Positions 49,010 to 59,187 of a stretch of DNA of 64,000 nt are shown piece by piece (position 1 is the first letter of the stretch; each line of letters opens with the position of its first letter). The notes under the pieces are model-generated. The model had not been told where the DNA came from, searched no databases, and saw only the letters and a program-made list of their open reading frames with translations. The DNA is from Polyangiales bacterium (GTDB taxonomy: Bacteria; Myxococcota_A; Polyangia; Polyangiales; Polyangiaceae): positions 236,340 to 300,339 of the forward strand of contig JBBRLQ010000003.1 of the NCBI GenBank assembly GCA_038231275.1, read 5' to 3'. A program made the position numbers and the translations under genes.

Positions 49010-51375
49010 CCACACCCGTGAGCCACGATCTGCTTCGCACGATGGACGCGTACTGGCGCGCCGCGAATTATCTCTCCGTGGGGCAAATCTACCTGCTCGC
49101 GAATCCGCTCCTGCGTGAGCCGCTGCGTATCGCGCACATCAAGCCGCGCCTCCTCGGCCACTGGGGGACGACGCCAGGCCTCAATTTCGTCTACGTGCAC
49201 ATGAATCGAATCATCCGCGAGCGCGATCTGTCGGCGATCTACATTGCGGGCCCCGGGCATGGCGGGCCTGGGGTCGTCGCCAACACGTACCTGGAGGGAA
49301 CCTACAGCGAGGTCTACCCGAAGGTGTCGATGGACGCGGCGGGCATGTCGCTCCTCTTCAAGCAGTTCTCCTTCCCTGGCGGCATTCCGAGCCACGTCGC
49401 GCCGGAGACGCCGGGGAGCATTCACGAGGGGGGCGAGCTCGGGTATGCGCTCTCGCACGCGTTCGGCGCGGCGTTCGACAACCCCGATCTGTTCGTCTGT
49501 TGCGTCGTCGGCGACGGTGAGGCGGAGACCGGACCGCTCGCGACGAGCTGGCACTCGAACAAATTCCTGAACGCCAAGACCGACGGCGCGGTCCTGCCGA
49601 TTTTGCACCTCAACGGCTACAAGATCGCTGGCCCCACAGTGCTCGCCCGCCTCCCGCGCGAGGAGCTCGAGCAGCTTTTTCGCGGCTATGGGTACGCGCC
49701 GGTCTTCGTCGAAGGAGACGATCCGGCGCGCATGCACGTGCTCATGGCCAAGGCGCTCGACGACGCCGCCGACGAGATCACACGCATCCAGGGCGACGCG
49801 CGCGCGAGGGGCGTGACCACGCGCCAGCGGTGGCCGATGATCGTGCTGCGCACGCCGAAGGGATGGACGGGCCCGAAGGTCGTCGACGGCAAGCCCGTCG
49901 AGGGGACCTTCCGCGCGCACCAGGTACCGCTTTCCAATTTGGCGAAGAGCCCGGAGCACGTCGCGATGCTCGAGGCGTGGATGAAGAGCTACAGGCCCGA
50001 GGAGCTCTTCGACGCGAGCGGACGCTTCTTGCCGGAGCTCGCGGCGCTGGCGCCGAAGGGGACGCGACGCATGAGCGCGAACCCGCACACCAACGGCGGG
50101 ATCCTGCGCAAAGAGCTCGTGATGCCCGATTTTCGAGCGTACGCGATCGACGTCCCTTCACCGGGCAGCGTCGACGCCGAGGCCACGCGCGTCCAAGGCA
50201 AGCTCATTAAAGACGTGCTCGTCCTGAACCGCGACGCCCACAACTTTCGCGTCTTCAGCCCCGACGAGACGGCGTCCAACCGATGGGGCGACGTCTTCGA
50301 CGTGACCAATCGAAACTCGTCGGCCGAGATCCTACCGGGCGACGATCACGTGGCGGTCGACGGACGCGTCATGGAGATGCTGAGCGAGCACCAGTGCCAA
50401 GGCTGGCTCGAGGGTTACCTCCTCACCGGGCGTCACGGGATGTTCTCCTGCTACGAGGCGTTCATCCACATCATCGACTCGATGTTCAACCAGCACGCCA
50501 AGTGGCTGAAGGTGACGAACGGCATCCCGTGGAGGCGCCCCATCTCGTCGCTCAACTACCTCCTCACGTCGCACGTGTGGCGCCAGGATCACAACGGCTT
50601 CAGCCACCAGGACCCGGGCTTCATCGACCACGTGGTGAACAAGAAGGCGGACGTCATCCGCGTGTACTTGCCGCCGGACGCCAACACGCTCCTCTCGGTC
50701 ACCGACCACTGCCTGCGAAGCACGAGCTACGTGAACGTGATCGTCGCGGGCAAGCAGGCGGCGCCGCAATGGCTGACGATGGCAGAGGCCGAGGTCCACA
50801 CGCGGGCGGGCGTCGGGGTCTGGGAGTGGGCGAGCGCAAAGGGCGGGACGGCGCCGGACGTCGTCATGGCCTGCGCGGGCGACGTCCCCACCCTGGAGAC
50901 GCTCGCGGCGGTCGATCTCTTGCGTGCGCACCTCCCGGATCTTCGCGTGCGCGTCGTGAACGTCGTCGACCTGATGAAGCTCCAACCGGCGGGCGAGCAT
51001 CCGCACGGGCTCGCCGATCGCGACTTCGACGCGCTCTTCACGACCGACAAACCGATCATCTTCGCGTACCACGGCTACCCGTGGCTGATTCACCGCCTCG
51101 CCTACCGCCGCACGAATCACAAGAACCTGCACGTGCGCGGCTACAAGGAGGAGGGGACGACGACGACCCCGTTCGACATGACGGTGAAAAACGATCTCGA
51201 TCGCTACCACCTCGTCTGCGACGTGATCGATCGCGTGCCCTCGCTCGGCGAGAAGGGGGCCGCCGTGAGGGCGTGGATGCACGCCAAGCTCGCCGAGCAC
51301 ACGCGGTACATCCGCGAGCACGGAGACGACATGCCCGAGGTGAAGGCCTGGCGCTGGGGCGTCGCCCGCGCGTAG
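49006..51375 (+). CDS. xfp: Phosphoketolase (xylulose-5-P/fructose-6-P)
   Basis: 789 aa; ATGA overlap with ackA; …[10 protein letters not shown]…, …GPGHGG…, …[12 protein letters not shown]…, …GDGEAETG…. Confidence 0.92.
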   Translation: MTTPVSHDLLRTMDAYWRAANYLSVGQIYLLANPLLREPLRIAHIKPRLLGHWGTTPGLNFVYVHMNRIIRERDLSAIYIAGPGHGGPGVVANTYLEGTYSEVYPKVSMDAAGMSLLFKQFSFPGGIPSHVAPETPGSIHEGGELGYALSHAFGAAFDNPDLFVCCVVGDGEAETGPLATSWHSNKFLNAKTDGAVLPILHLNGYKIAGPTVLARLPREELEQLFRGYGYAPVFVEGDDPARMHVLMAKALDDAADEITRIQGDARARGVTTRQRWPMIVLRTPKGWTGPKVVDGKPVEGTFRAHQVPLSNLAKSPEHVAMLEAWMKSYRPEELFDASGRFLPELAALAPKGTRRMSANPHTNGGILRKELVMPDFRAYAIDVPSPGSVDAEATRVQGKLIKDVLVLNRDAHNFRVFSPDETASNRWGDVFDVTNRNSSAEILPGDDHVAVDGRVMEMLSEHQCQGWLEGYLLTGRHGMFSCYEAFIHIIDSMFNQHAKWLKVTNGIPWRRPISSLNYLLTSHVWRQDHNGFSHQDPGFIDHVVNKKADVIRVYLPPDANTLLSVTDHCLRSTSYVNVIVAGKQAAPQWLTMAEAEVHTRAGVGVWEWASAKGGTAPDVVMACAGDVPTLETLAAVDLLRAHLPDLRVRVVNVVDLMKLQPAGEHPHGLADRDFDALFTTDKPIIFAYHGYPWLIHRLAYRRTNHKNLHVRGYKEEGTTTTPFDMTVKNDLDRYHLVCDVIDRVPSLGEKGAAVRAWMHAKLAEHTRYIREHGDDMPEVKAWRWGVARA

Positions 51376-51387
51376 TCCTCGTTTTGG

Positions 51388-53235
51388 CTATTTTTTGGCC
51401 TTCGCCGCGCACGCGAGCGGATCGCCCTGCATGCACGCACGCTCGACCTGCGGTCTTCCGAACCCGGCGTTGCCGGTGGCGAGGTTGATGACGCCGGCGC
51501 TCGCGCAGTCGCGCACCGAGCCGGCGTTGCACTTCGCCGTGAGATCCATGCTCTGCGGTCCCGGCATGACGACCTGGGTGCCGCCGAAGAGCACCTTCAT
51601 GGCGGCGCACGCGACCAAGTTCTGTTTGAACGTGCACGCCGGCTCGAACGCGCGCTTGGCGGCGTCGGCGTTTCCGCCGAACCCGAGCTCGAGGCGCCCC
51701 TGGTTCACGCACGCGTCCGAGTCGCCGCGGACGCACGCGCGCTGGTAGACCATCTTCGCGAGGATGGCGTTCTTGGGGACATCCTTCCCGATCTCGCTCA
51801 TGAGCCCGAGATCGTTGCACGCCGCGATCTGCGAGCCGTCGCACGCGCGCTTCAACGCCACCGCAGCCTTCACCGGATCTTTCGCGGTGCCTTCACCGGC
51901 GAGGAGGACGCGCCCCAGCGCCGCGCACGCGTGATCGTCCCCGCCGTCGCAGCCCTGACGGAGGAGTGTGGCCGCGCGCGCCGGATCCTTCGCGACGCCA
52001 TCGCCGCCGCGCACCATGACGCCGAGCATTCCGCAGCCCTTCGCCTCGCCCGACTGGCAGCCCTTTTCGAAATCCTTCGCCGCGCCCGCCGGATCCTTCG
52101 CGCCGCCGCGCCCCTGCAGGAGAAGCGTCCCGAGCGTCACGCATCCCTTCGCGTCGTTCGCGTCGCACGCCTTGCCGAGCAGCTCGCGCGCCTTCGCGTC
52201 GTCGTGCGGCAGGCCTGCGCTTCCACTCGCGTAGAGCGAGCCCGCGGCCGCGCAGCTCCCGGCGTTGCCCTTCGTGCACTGCTCCGCGCACTCCTTGCCG
52301 TTCACCGGATCGCAGAGGAACGCCGTCGCGTTCTTCCCTTCGGTGCATTTGCCGTCGGCGTAGACGAGGCCCTTCGGGCACGGCTCCTCTTGGACCTCGA
52401 TCGTCGCGTGCTTCGGTGCTTCGGGCGGCGGCGCCGGCTTGGCCGCGGCTTCTGCGGGCGGCTTCGGCAAGATCGCCTTTAGCTCGAGGCGGACGAGCGC
52501 CTGGCACTGCGTCGGTGGCGAGGTCGCATCGGGCGACGACTTGGTGCAGTCGCCAGGGTCGCCGTCCTGGTTGCGCACGTTCTTGCCGCTTGCCGACGCC
52601 CCGCTGGCCCCTGCGCCGAAGATCTGCGCGGCGGTCCGCGCCTGCGCCTTCGATCCGGTCTCCATCACGAACGCGCCGATCGTGGCGCCTTTCACGAAAT
52701 GCGTGGCCCCGTCGCACTCGCCTTTCAGGTCGTCCATCCCGACCTTGGCCCATGTCGTCTTCTTCTTGCCGATGAGGATGAGGGCGACGTCGAGCGTCGC
52801 CCCGCGATCCATCTCGCCGCCGATGCTCGCCGCGATGCCGACGCCTCCGAGCGGGAGGTTGGCCTTCAGCTCGTCGCTGTTCTGCAAGCGAACGAGCTGC
52901 TCCTTCTTGGTCATTCCGAGGAAGCCGTACTGGCCGTCGACCTTGCAGTCTTTCAGGACCTTCAGGCCCTTGCAGCTGTACGCGACCACCGCGACGCCAT
53001 CCTTCATGAGGACCTCGAGGTCGCCGCGCTGCTCCGGCTTCCAGTCGACGACGAGCGGCTCGCCGTACGACTCCACCTCGCGGCACGTGCCGCCGCTTGC
53101 GCCTCCGCCGGGCTCGCCCATCGCCGCCGCGAACGTCTGGTCCTTCGGGCGGATCGCTTCGGCGGGCGTGCCGCCGCAGTCGATCGTCGCGAGCGAGAGG
53201 AGACCGAGTGCGAGAGGCAGCGCGCGCTTGTGCAT
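51388..53235 (-). CDS. Sel1-like repeat lipoprotein
   Basis: 615 aa from MHKRALPLALGLLSLATIDCGG; ~10 Sel1-like units (…KACDANDAKGCVTLGTLLLQGRGGAKDPAGAAKDFEKGCQSGEAKGC…). Confidence 0.8.
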   Translation of the reverse strand: MHKRALPLALGLLSLATIDCGGTPAEAIRPKDQTFAAAMGEPGGGASGGTCREVESYGEPLVVDWKPEQRGDLEVLMKDGVAVVAYSCKGLKVLKDCKVDGQYGFLGMTKKEQLVRLQNSDELKANLPLGGVGIAASIGGEMDRGATLDVALILIGKKKTTWAKVGMDDLKGECDGATHFVKGATIGAFVMETGSKAQARTAAQIFGAGASGASASGKNVRNQDGDPGDCTKSSPDATSPPTQCQALVRLELKAILPKPPAEAAAKPAPPPEAPKHATIEVQEEPCPKGLVYADGKCTEGKNATAFLCDPVNGKECAEQCTKGNAGSCAAAGSLYASGSAGLPHDDAKARELLGKACDANDAKGCVTLGTLLLQGRGGAKDPAGAAKDFEKGCQSGEAKGCGMLGVMVRGGDGVAKDPARAATLLRQGCDGGDDHACAALGRVLLAGEGTAKDPVKAAVALKRACDGSQIAACNDLGLMSEIGKDVPKNAILAKMVYQRACVRGDSDACVNQGRLELGFGGNADAAKRAFEPACTFKQNLVACAAMKVLFGGTQVVMPGPQSMDLTAKCNAGSVRDCASAGVINLATGNAGFGRPQVERACMQGDPLACAAKAKK

Positions 53236-53293
53236 GCGGCGGAGCCTACGAGAGGCCGTCGCGATCCACCAGCGGCGCCGAGTCACCCTGCGC

Positions 53294-54835
53294 TCAGCGC
53301 GGCTTCTTCGGCACCGCCTGGTACGCGATGCTCCAGTCTTGCTGCGGGTTCCACATCAGCCACCCGACGCCGCCCGACTCCGCCGCGCTCTTGATCTCCT
53401 GCGCGAGGTAGTTGGGCCCGTACTCCGACGACTTGTAATACATCGCCTGCAGCCACGGACGCACGACGGCGAGAGGTCGCGTGTCGCTGCCGCCCCGTTT
53501 GGCCATCTGCTCGAGCGTGCCCTTGGTGCCGATGCCGACGATCTCGGGGTGGTTGCCCGGCTCCTCGAATCCGTAGAAGCCCTTGTTGTAGTGTGATGGA
53601 TACACCATCGGACTGAGCGCCTCGCACTCGGGCGCGAGCATCATCGGATCCTGGCCGAGCATGTCGATGTCGAGGTGGTTGCCGTGCGCGACGACGCCGA
53701 AGATGTCGAGCGACAGCGGGACGTTTCGCGCCTTCGTCGTCTCGTGCACCTTCTTCACGAAGCCGGTGATGACCTCGACCTTCGCGAGCGGGTTCTTCGG
53801 ATCGAGCTTGAAATCCGCGTTCTTGATGGCCAAGACCGGGTAGCGGACGTAGTCGAGCTCGATCTCGTCGACGCCGTTGTCCATCGCCTCTTTCACGAGA
53901 TCGAGGAGGTACGCCTGCGCGCCGGGGTTATTGGGATCGAGCCAGCCGTTGCCGTACGGCCCGCCCCATTTGCCGCGCACGCTGATCTCGGGCTTGGCCT
54001 TGGCCATCAGCTCGTCCTCGAAGCACGACACGCGCGCGACGACGCGGATGCCCCGCGCGTGGGCGAAGCGCACCGTCCTCGCGAAATCCGCGATGGGCGC
54101 GTTCTTGGTGGCGCCGACCTCGATCGCCAGCGGAACCTTCGACGGGTAGGTCAGCGGGCCGTCGTAGTCTTTGACGTCGAGGACGATCGCGTTGATGCGC
54201 CGCTCGGCCATGTGATCGAGCATGGAGAGGAAGCCCGCGCGCGCTGCGCTGTCGCCGCGCACGTAAAATCCACGGATCTGCTTGTCCTCGGGCCACCCCA
54301 GACGCTCGGCGTCGCCTGTCTTGTAGGGTACGTCGAGCAGGTGCGGGATCTTGAAGCGCATGCCCTCGAGGACGCCCTTCTTCGCGTCGGGGAGGTTGGC
54401 GTTCACGATCTCTTTGGCGAGGTCCGCGTCGAAGTACACGTCAGTGAGATCGAGGTACGCCTTCGCGATCGACTGCCACGTGTCGCCCTTCTTCGCGACG
54501 TGAACCACGGAGAGCGGCGAGGTCCCGTCGTCGACGATCTCTCCGCCGGCGGGAATGCGCGTCTTCAGCCACGCTGCGAGTGTCGCGCGGGGGCTCTCCT
54601 TCGGCGCGTCGGTCTTCGCACCGACGGCGTCGTCCGTGACGGCCGAGGTCGTCACCGTCGAAGCGGGCACGCCCGTCGATTGCGCGGGATCGCGCGCGAT
54701 GAGGGGGGTCGCTCGGTTCCCCGCGTGACCGCCGCACGCCGCGATCGCCAGCGCGAACGCCGAGACGAGCGCCGCCGCGCCCGAATGCCCCGACCTCGAT
54801 GCCCCGTTCTTTCGCTGCGACTGGACTGCGCCCAT
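53294..54835 (-). CDS. LysM-containing putative glycoside-hydrolase-like (GHL/DUF4015 TIM-barrel) lipoprotein
   Basis: 513 aa; lipobox (LAIAACGG), LysM-like (…VAKKGDTWQSIAKAYL…), TIM-barrel-like region (…NAIVLDVKDYDG…, …HARGIRVVARV…, …DEIELDYVRYP…). Confidence 0.7.
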   Translation of the reverse strand: MGAVQSQRKNGASRSGHSGAAALVSAFALAIAACGGHAGNRATPLIARDPAQSTGVPASTVTTSAVTDDAVGAKTDAPKESPRATLAAWLKTRIPAGGEIVDDGTSPLSVVHVAKKGDTWQSIAKAYLDLTDVYFDADLAKEIVNANLPDAKKGVLEGMRFKIPHLLDVPYKTGDAERLGWPEDKQIRGFYVRGDSAARAGFLSMLDHMAERRINAIVLDVKDYDGPLTYPSKVPLAIEVGATKNAPIADFARTVRFAHARGIRVVARVSCFEDELMAKAKPEISVRGKWGGPYGNGWLDPNNPGAQAYLLDLVKEAMDNGVDEIELDYVRYPVLAIKNADFKLDPKNPLAKVEVITGFVKKVHETTKARNVPLSLDIFGVVAHGNHLDIDMLGQDPMMLAPECEALSPMVYPSHYNKGFYGFEEPGNHPEIVGIGTKGTLEQMAKRGGSDTRPLAVVRPWLQAMYYKSSEYGPNYLAQEIKSAAESGGVGWLMWNPQQDWSIAYQAVPKKPR

Positions 54836-54928
54836 GAGAACGACAGAATGCTAGGGTTCGCACGCAAAGCAAGTTCTCGGACGGTTTCCGGGCTCCCTTC
54901 GGCTCGACGTGCTACGCGAATCGAAACG

Positions 54929-55648
54929 ATGCGTTGGCTCCCCGTCTCGATCGCCGCCGCCGCGCTGTTCACCTCCGTCGCGGCGTTCCCGGGCCGCGCG
55001 CGCGCCGAGGACGTGCGAGACTTGCCCAGCCGCGTCGGCGTCTTGCCGTCGGTCGGCGTGGGCGTCGCGAAGATCGGGAATTCTTCTCCATTCCCGAGCG
55101 TCGTCGGCCTCACCACCTTCGGCATCGAAGTCCACGCCGAGGTCCCGCCCTACGGCGGCTTCTTCCGCTTCCAGTTCGACTCGAGCGGCCTCGACGGACG
55201 ATGGACCACGCCGTCGTTCGCCCTCGGCGGTAGCTACCGCTTCTTCGGCGACGGCGTCGAGCGCCTCGCGCTCCTCGGCCGTTTCGGCTTCCTGTACGAG
55301 CGCTGGCACGCGACGTCCGGCGACTGCCCGATCGATCTCTTCTTTCCGTCGAACTGCAAAGCGCTCGTCGCGCCGGCGCCCTCGGGCGTCCTCCTCAACA
55401 CGGTCCCCATCGTGACGGTGACGGGCGATAACCTGGGCCTCCTCGCCGGCGTGCGCGCGGAGATGCCGATCGCGCTCTTTTACCTCGCGGTGGACGGCGA
55501 GGTCGGCGGCCTGGTCGACGTCTCCGAGTCGACGCCCGGCACCGTGCTCCATTTTCGTCTCTCGCTGGTCGCCGCCTTCCGCGACGCGCGGAAGAAGGAC
55601 AATGAGCCGCAGAGTCGCGACCCGCGCCAACGCCGCCGGCAGCCCTGA
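54929..55648 (+). CDS. Secreted hypothetical protein
   Basis: 239 aa from MRWLPVSIAAAALFTSVAAFPGRARA (signal peptide); beta-rich; the longer 657-aa ORF is an antisense spurious extension. Confidence 0.65.
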   Translation: MRWLPVSIAAAALFTSVAAFPGRARAEDVRDLPSRVGVLPSVGVGVAKIGNSSPFPSVVGLTTFGIEVHAEVPPYGGFFRFQFDSSGLDGRWTTPSFALGGSYRFFGDGVERLALLGRFGFLYERWHATSGDCPIDLFFPSNCKALVAPAPSGVLLNTVPIVTVTGDNLGLLAGVRAEMPIALFYLAVDGEVGGLVDVSESTPGTVLHFRLSLVAAFRDARKKDNEPQSRDPRQRRRQP

Positions 55649-55701
55649 CGTCGGAGGTGGAGGGAGCGGCGCCCCGCGCGCGGCCTGCTAGGCTCCCTGC
55701 C

Positions 55702-56565
55702 ATGAACGCGCGTGGGGTGTGGGGGGTGCTTACGGTGGCTTTGGTCGGGCTGGGCGGCGTGTGGCTCGTTGGCTCGTGCGGCGGCTCGAGCGACGCGAGC
55801 TTCACCAACGCGGACGGCTCGGCGGAGGCTGCGGGCGACGGGCCGGCCAACGGAGGGGACGGCGGCCTCGGCGACGGCGGCAACCCGCCCGGCTGTCCGG
55901 CGACCCAGCCGAGCGGCGCGTGCTCGGGGCAGAAGAGCGGCTGCACGTACGGCTGCGAGTCGTGCTTCTGCCAGTCCGGCCAGTGGCAGTGCTCTGCGCC
56001 GGGATGCGCGGGAGGCTGCTTCCCGACGCCACCCACCGCAGGCACGCAGTGCGGAGGGTGCTGCGGACCGAGCGTCGGAATGAGCTGCGACTACGGATGC
56101 GCCGGCGACGCCGGCACGTTTCGCGCGACGTGCGTGGGCACCAGCGGCCTCAGCGGCACGTGGACCGTCGGCGCCTGCGCGGCGGGCGGGTCGAACCCCG
56201 GGAAGGTGACGTGCGGCGCCGCCGAATGCGATCTCGACGCCGGCCAAGAGTGCTGCGACACCGTGACCAACGACGCCGGAGTACAAAAGTGCGGCTTCTC
56301 GGGCGCCGGGAGCTTCTGCATGCTTGGCGCTCCCGAGGCGTGCGACGAGAAGGCCGACTGCACGGGCGCCAACATTTGTTGCATGCAGTTTCTCCCGCTC
56401 GGCATCGAGACGTCGTGCCTTCCCACGTGCATCACCGGCGCCGAGCGCTACCAGGCGTGCAAGACGAGCGCGGAGTGCGAGAGCGGCACGGGCCCGTGCG
56501 CGACGTACACGTGCAAAAACGGCGAGACCGTCCAGTCGTGCACGAAGCCGGTCGAGTGCAAGTGA
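55702..56565 (+). CDS. Cys-rich lipoprotein (myxobacterial Cys-rich repeat type)
   Basis: 287 aa from MNARGVWGVLTVALVGLGGVWLVGSCGG; ~40 Cys in CxxC/CC patterns. Confidence 0.7.
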   Translation: MNARGVWGVLTVALVGLGGVWLVGSCGGSSDASFTNADGSAEAAGDGPANGGDGGLGDGGNPPGCPATQPSGACSGQKSGCTYGCESCFCQSGQWQCSAPGCAGGCFPTPPTAGTQCGGCCGPSVGMSCDYGCAGDAGTFRATCVGTSGLSGTWTVGACAAGGSNPGKVTCGAAECDLDAGQECCDTVTNDAGVQKCGFSGAGSFCMLGAPEACDEKADCTGANICCMQFLPLGIETSCLPTCITGAERYQACKTSAECESGTGPCATYTCKNGETVQSCTKPVECK

Positions 56566-56680
56566 GTCCCCGCCCTAAGGGCAGGGCACGACCTAGTGGT
56601 TCTCGCAGCACTGCTCGTGCGCCGACGGCGGCACGACGGGAGGAGATGGGGGAGGGGATTGAAACGACTCCGACTCCGAC

Positions 56681-57733
56681 TCAGTTCGGCGGCAGCGCGT
56701 CGACCCAGGACTTGATGAGCCCCAGCCCTACGTCGTCGACGACGTGCGACCCGATCGGCGGCATCTGCTCCTTGCCGTCGCGCAGCGCCGTCAGCGCGAC
56801 GACCAAGCTCTTGCTCGAGTCGCCCGCCTTGATCACGTAGTACCCCTGCTGCACGTAGGTGTAGTGCTGCTTGTGCGACGCGAGGATTCCGACGGTGGTC
56901 TTGTACGCGTCCATGTCCTTCACCTGCGCGCCGCCCTTCAAGAGCTGCGTCGCCGACAGGCGCGTGAAGAGACCGCTCTCGCTTCCCTCCACGTACGACG
57001 CGTTGACGTGGCACGCGACGCCGCAGTTCATGTGCATGTAGGAGAGCGCCGCGACGGCCTTGCCGGTCGAGTCTTCGGGGATCGCGATCTGCGTGCTCGC
57101 GGGCGGCGCGGAGAGGCGCTTGTCCGCGACGAGCGAGGCGAGCGTCACGCCCTGCGCCGACGGCTGCGCCAGCGCGATCGCCTCCACGCCGAGGAGCTTG
57201 TCGCGGCGGCCTCGGTGGCACTTGTCGCAGCCCAGCTCGTCGGGGATCTCGTACTGCGTGCCGGCGACGGCCTTTTCACCGGTGGTGAGGCTCGGCGCGC
57301 GGCTCTCGTCGTCCGACCAGCGGTACGTCGCCCAGATCCACTGCGTCGCGCTCTGCTTGTAGTAGTAGCGCGTCTCGATCCGCTTGCCGTTCAGGCGAAA
57401 CTCTTTCCACGTCTTGGTGCCGACGGGGAACTGCCACTCGTCCATGTCGGTCGTGTCGATCGTCGCGCCCGGCGGCAGGTACAGCCAGCGCTTCTTCTCG
57501 GCGCCGTCCGCGTAGAGGATCATGCCGGGCGTGTACTCTTTCGCCGTCGGCGCGAGCGTCTTGCTCGCGAAGTCAGCGTAGAGGCCGGTGCACTTCAGGT
57601 CCGGCTGGATCTGCCCCGCGACCTCGGTGCAGTCGGGGTTGTACACCGCGGCCGGCTCCGATTTGTGGCTGCAGCTCGCCGCGAGCACGGAGGCAACGGC
57701 GGCGACGAGCGCAAGCAAAGGACGCCGGTTCAT
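56681..57733 (-). CDS. Lipoprotein with c-type heme-binding motifs (putative cytochrome c family)
   Basis: 350 aa; lipobox (VLAASCS); CxxCH (GCDKCH) and CX3CH (NCGVACH). Confidence 0.65.
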   Translation of the reverse strand: MNRRPLLALVAAVASVLAASCSHKSEPAAVYNPDCTEVAGQIQPDLKCTGLYADFASKTLAPTAKEYTPGMILYADGAEKKRWLYLPPGATIDTTDMDEWQFPVGTKTWKEFRLNGKRIETRYYYKQSATQWIWATYRWSDDESRAPSLTTGEKAVAGTQYEIPDELGCDKCHRGRRDKLLGVEAIALAQPSAQGVTLASLVADKRLSAPPASTQIAIPEDSTGKAVAALSYMHMNCGVACHVNASYVEGSESGLFTRLSATQLLKGGAQVKDMDAYKTTVGILASHKQHYTYVQQGYYVIKAGDSSKSLVVALTALRDGKEQMPPIGSHVVDDVGLGLIKSWVDALPPN

Positions 57734-57750
57734 TCCAGCATCGTACCGCC

Positions 57751-58008
57751 TCAGCGGGCGCGCGTCTTGAGCGAGTCGACCGCGTGAACGGGTGCGCGGT
57801 CTCCCTTCATCAGGTGCGCGATGGCGCCGTACACGAGGCGCTGGCTCGCGAGCATGTTCTTGCCCTCGAAGACCTCGCTCGTGACGTCGATCGTGAAGTG
57901 ACCGCCGGCCCCTTCGACGTGCACGACGGCGCCGGGGATGACGCCCACGATCGCGCTCTTGATCGCGTCGGGGATGCTGCCGTGAAAATCCGTCTCGTGG
58001 TGGCTCAT
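57751..58008 (-). CDS. bolA: BolA-family protein
   Basis: 85 aa from MSHHETDFHGS; BolA-like (…HFTIDVTSEVFEGK…QRLVYGAIAHLM…VHAVD); start overlaps grx stop by 1 nt. Confidence 0.8.
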   Translation of the reverse strand: MSHHETDFHGSIPDAIKSAIVGVIPGAVVHVEGAGGHFTIDVTSEVFEGKNMLASQRLVYGAIAHLMKGDRAPVHAVDSLKTRAR

Positions 58009-58955
58009 CAGTACCGCTTCACGGTCGAATCGACCTGCTGCGACCACGCGTCGATCCCGCCCTCGAGGTTGTACACGTTGCGCCAGCCCTCTTTGACGAG
58101 GCGCTCGGCGGCGGCGCGGCTTCGTCCACCGTGGTGGCAGTGGAAGACGATGCGCGCGTCCTTCGGCAGGCCGAGGAGACGCTTCTCGCCGGCCTCGTCG
58201 AGGTGAACGGACGATGCGATCTTCGCGGTCGCGCGCTCGTCGGGGGTGCGCACGTCGAAGAGCTCGAGCTTCTCGCCCTTGTCGATGAGCCCCTTCAGCT
58301 CCTTCACGCTCATCGCCTTCACGCGCGGCGGCTCGTTGGGGTTCTCGAGCTTGAACGCGCCGCCGTCGGCGGTCTCGACGAAATCGATCGCGAGTCCGTT
58401 CGCGCGCTTCGCCGACGCAGGATCGACGAGGAACGTGACGCCGCTCGCGGTGACCTCCATGTCGTTCGCCTTCTTCGGGGCGAAGAACAGCTCGTGCTGG
58501 AACGCGCCCTGCGCGAGGACCGCGATCTCGAGGCGGAGGCGATCGTCACCGGGCTCGCTCGTCGCGTCCTTCAAGGCCTTCACGGCGCCGGCGCTGAGCG
58601 TAATCGTCGGGACCTCGACCTTTGGCGCCTCGCCGCCGAGGAGCTTCTGGAGCTCGCCCGACGAGTACATGTCCGTGACGATGTCGCAGCCGCCGACGAA
58701 CTGCCCGTCGACGTAGAGCTGCGGGATGGTCGGCCAGCTCGAGTACTCCTTGATGCCGTCGCGTACCGCGGGATCGGCGAGCACGTTCACCGTCTCGTAC
58801 TTGCCGACGAGCTCGGTGAGCATGCCCGCGAGCTTCGCGGAGAAGCCGCACTGCGGGAAGTGCTTGTTGCCCTTCATGAACAAGACGACCTTGTTCTTCT
58901 GGACCAGCGTGTCGAAGTGGCTCTTCATCTCGGGAGTGAGCGGCATGGTGCGCAT
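58008..58955 (-). CDS. Monothiol glutaredoxin (CGFS) :: IscA-like (Cys-less) :: rhodanese fusion
   Basis: 315 aa; Grx4-type N-term (…VVLFMKGNKHFPQCGFS…WPTIPQLYVDGQFVGGCD), HesB/IscA-like middle without Cys, C-terminal rhodanese loop (FHCHHGGRS); alternative start 58946. Confidence 0.8.
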   Translation of the reverse strand: MRTMPLTPEMKSHFDTLVQKNKVVLFMKGNKHFPQCGFSAKLAGMLTELVGKYETVNVLADPAVRDGIKEYSSWPTIPQLYVDGQFVGGCDIVTDMYSSGELQKLLGGEAPKVEVPTITLSAGAVKALKDATSEPGDDRLRLEIAVLAQGAFQHELFFAPKKANDMEVTASGVTFLVDPASAKRANGLAIDFVETADGGAFKLENPNEPPRVKAMSVKELKGLIDKGEKLELFDVRTPDERATAKIASSVHLDEAGEKRLLGLPKDARIVFHCHHGGRSRAAAERLVKEGWRNVYNLEGGIDAWSQQVDSTVKRY

Positions 58956-59176
58956 ATAGTTCGGGTCGGAGATTTTGGCCAGCTGGCGCGTGCGGGCCCC
59001 AGCGCGTCTCGGCCGCGAGACGCAGCGGGAGCGGACGCCGACCGTGCCGCCGGACACGCCGCTCCCGGGCGCCGTTCGGAGAGGAGAAATGCAGCGTCAG
59101 CCGACGAAACGGCTTCCTTTCTCGCTGGCACGGAGTTCGCTCGTACGTGGTCGTACATCGCCCTACGCGGTGCCTC

Positions 59177-59182
59177 ACGGAG
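59177..59182 (+). promoter_or_regulatory. Shine-Dalgarno (ACGGAG) for gene at 59188
   Basis: 5-nt spacing to ATG. Confidence 0.4.
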
Positions 59183-59187
59183 CCCCC

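Noticed and set aside
53675-54928. Upstream 418-aa extension of the secreted-protein ORF
   Set aside because: Antisense to the LysM/GHL gene; signal peptide begins at Met 54929
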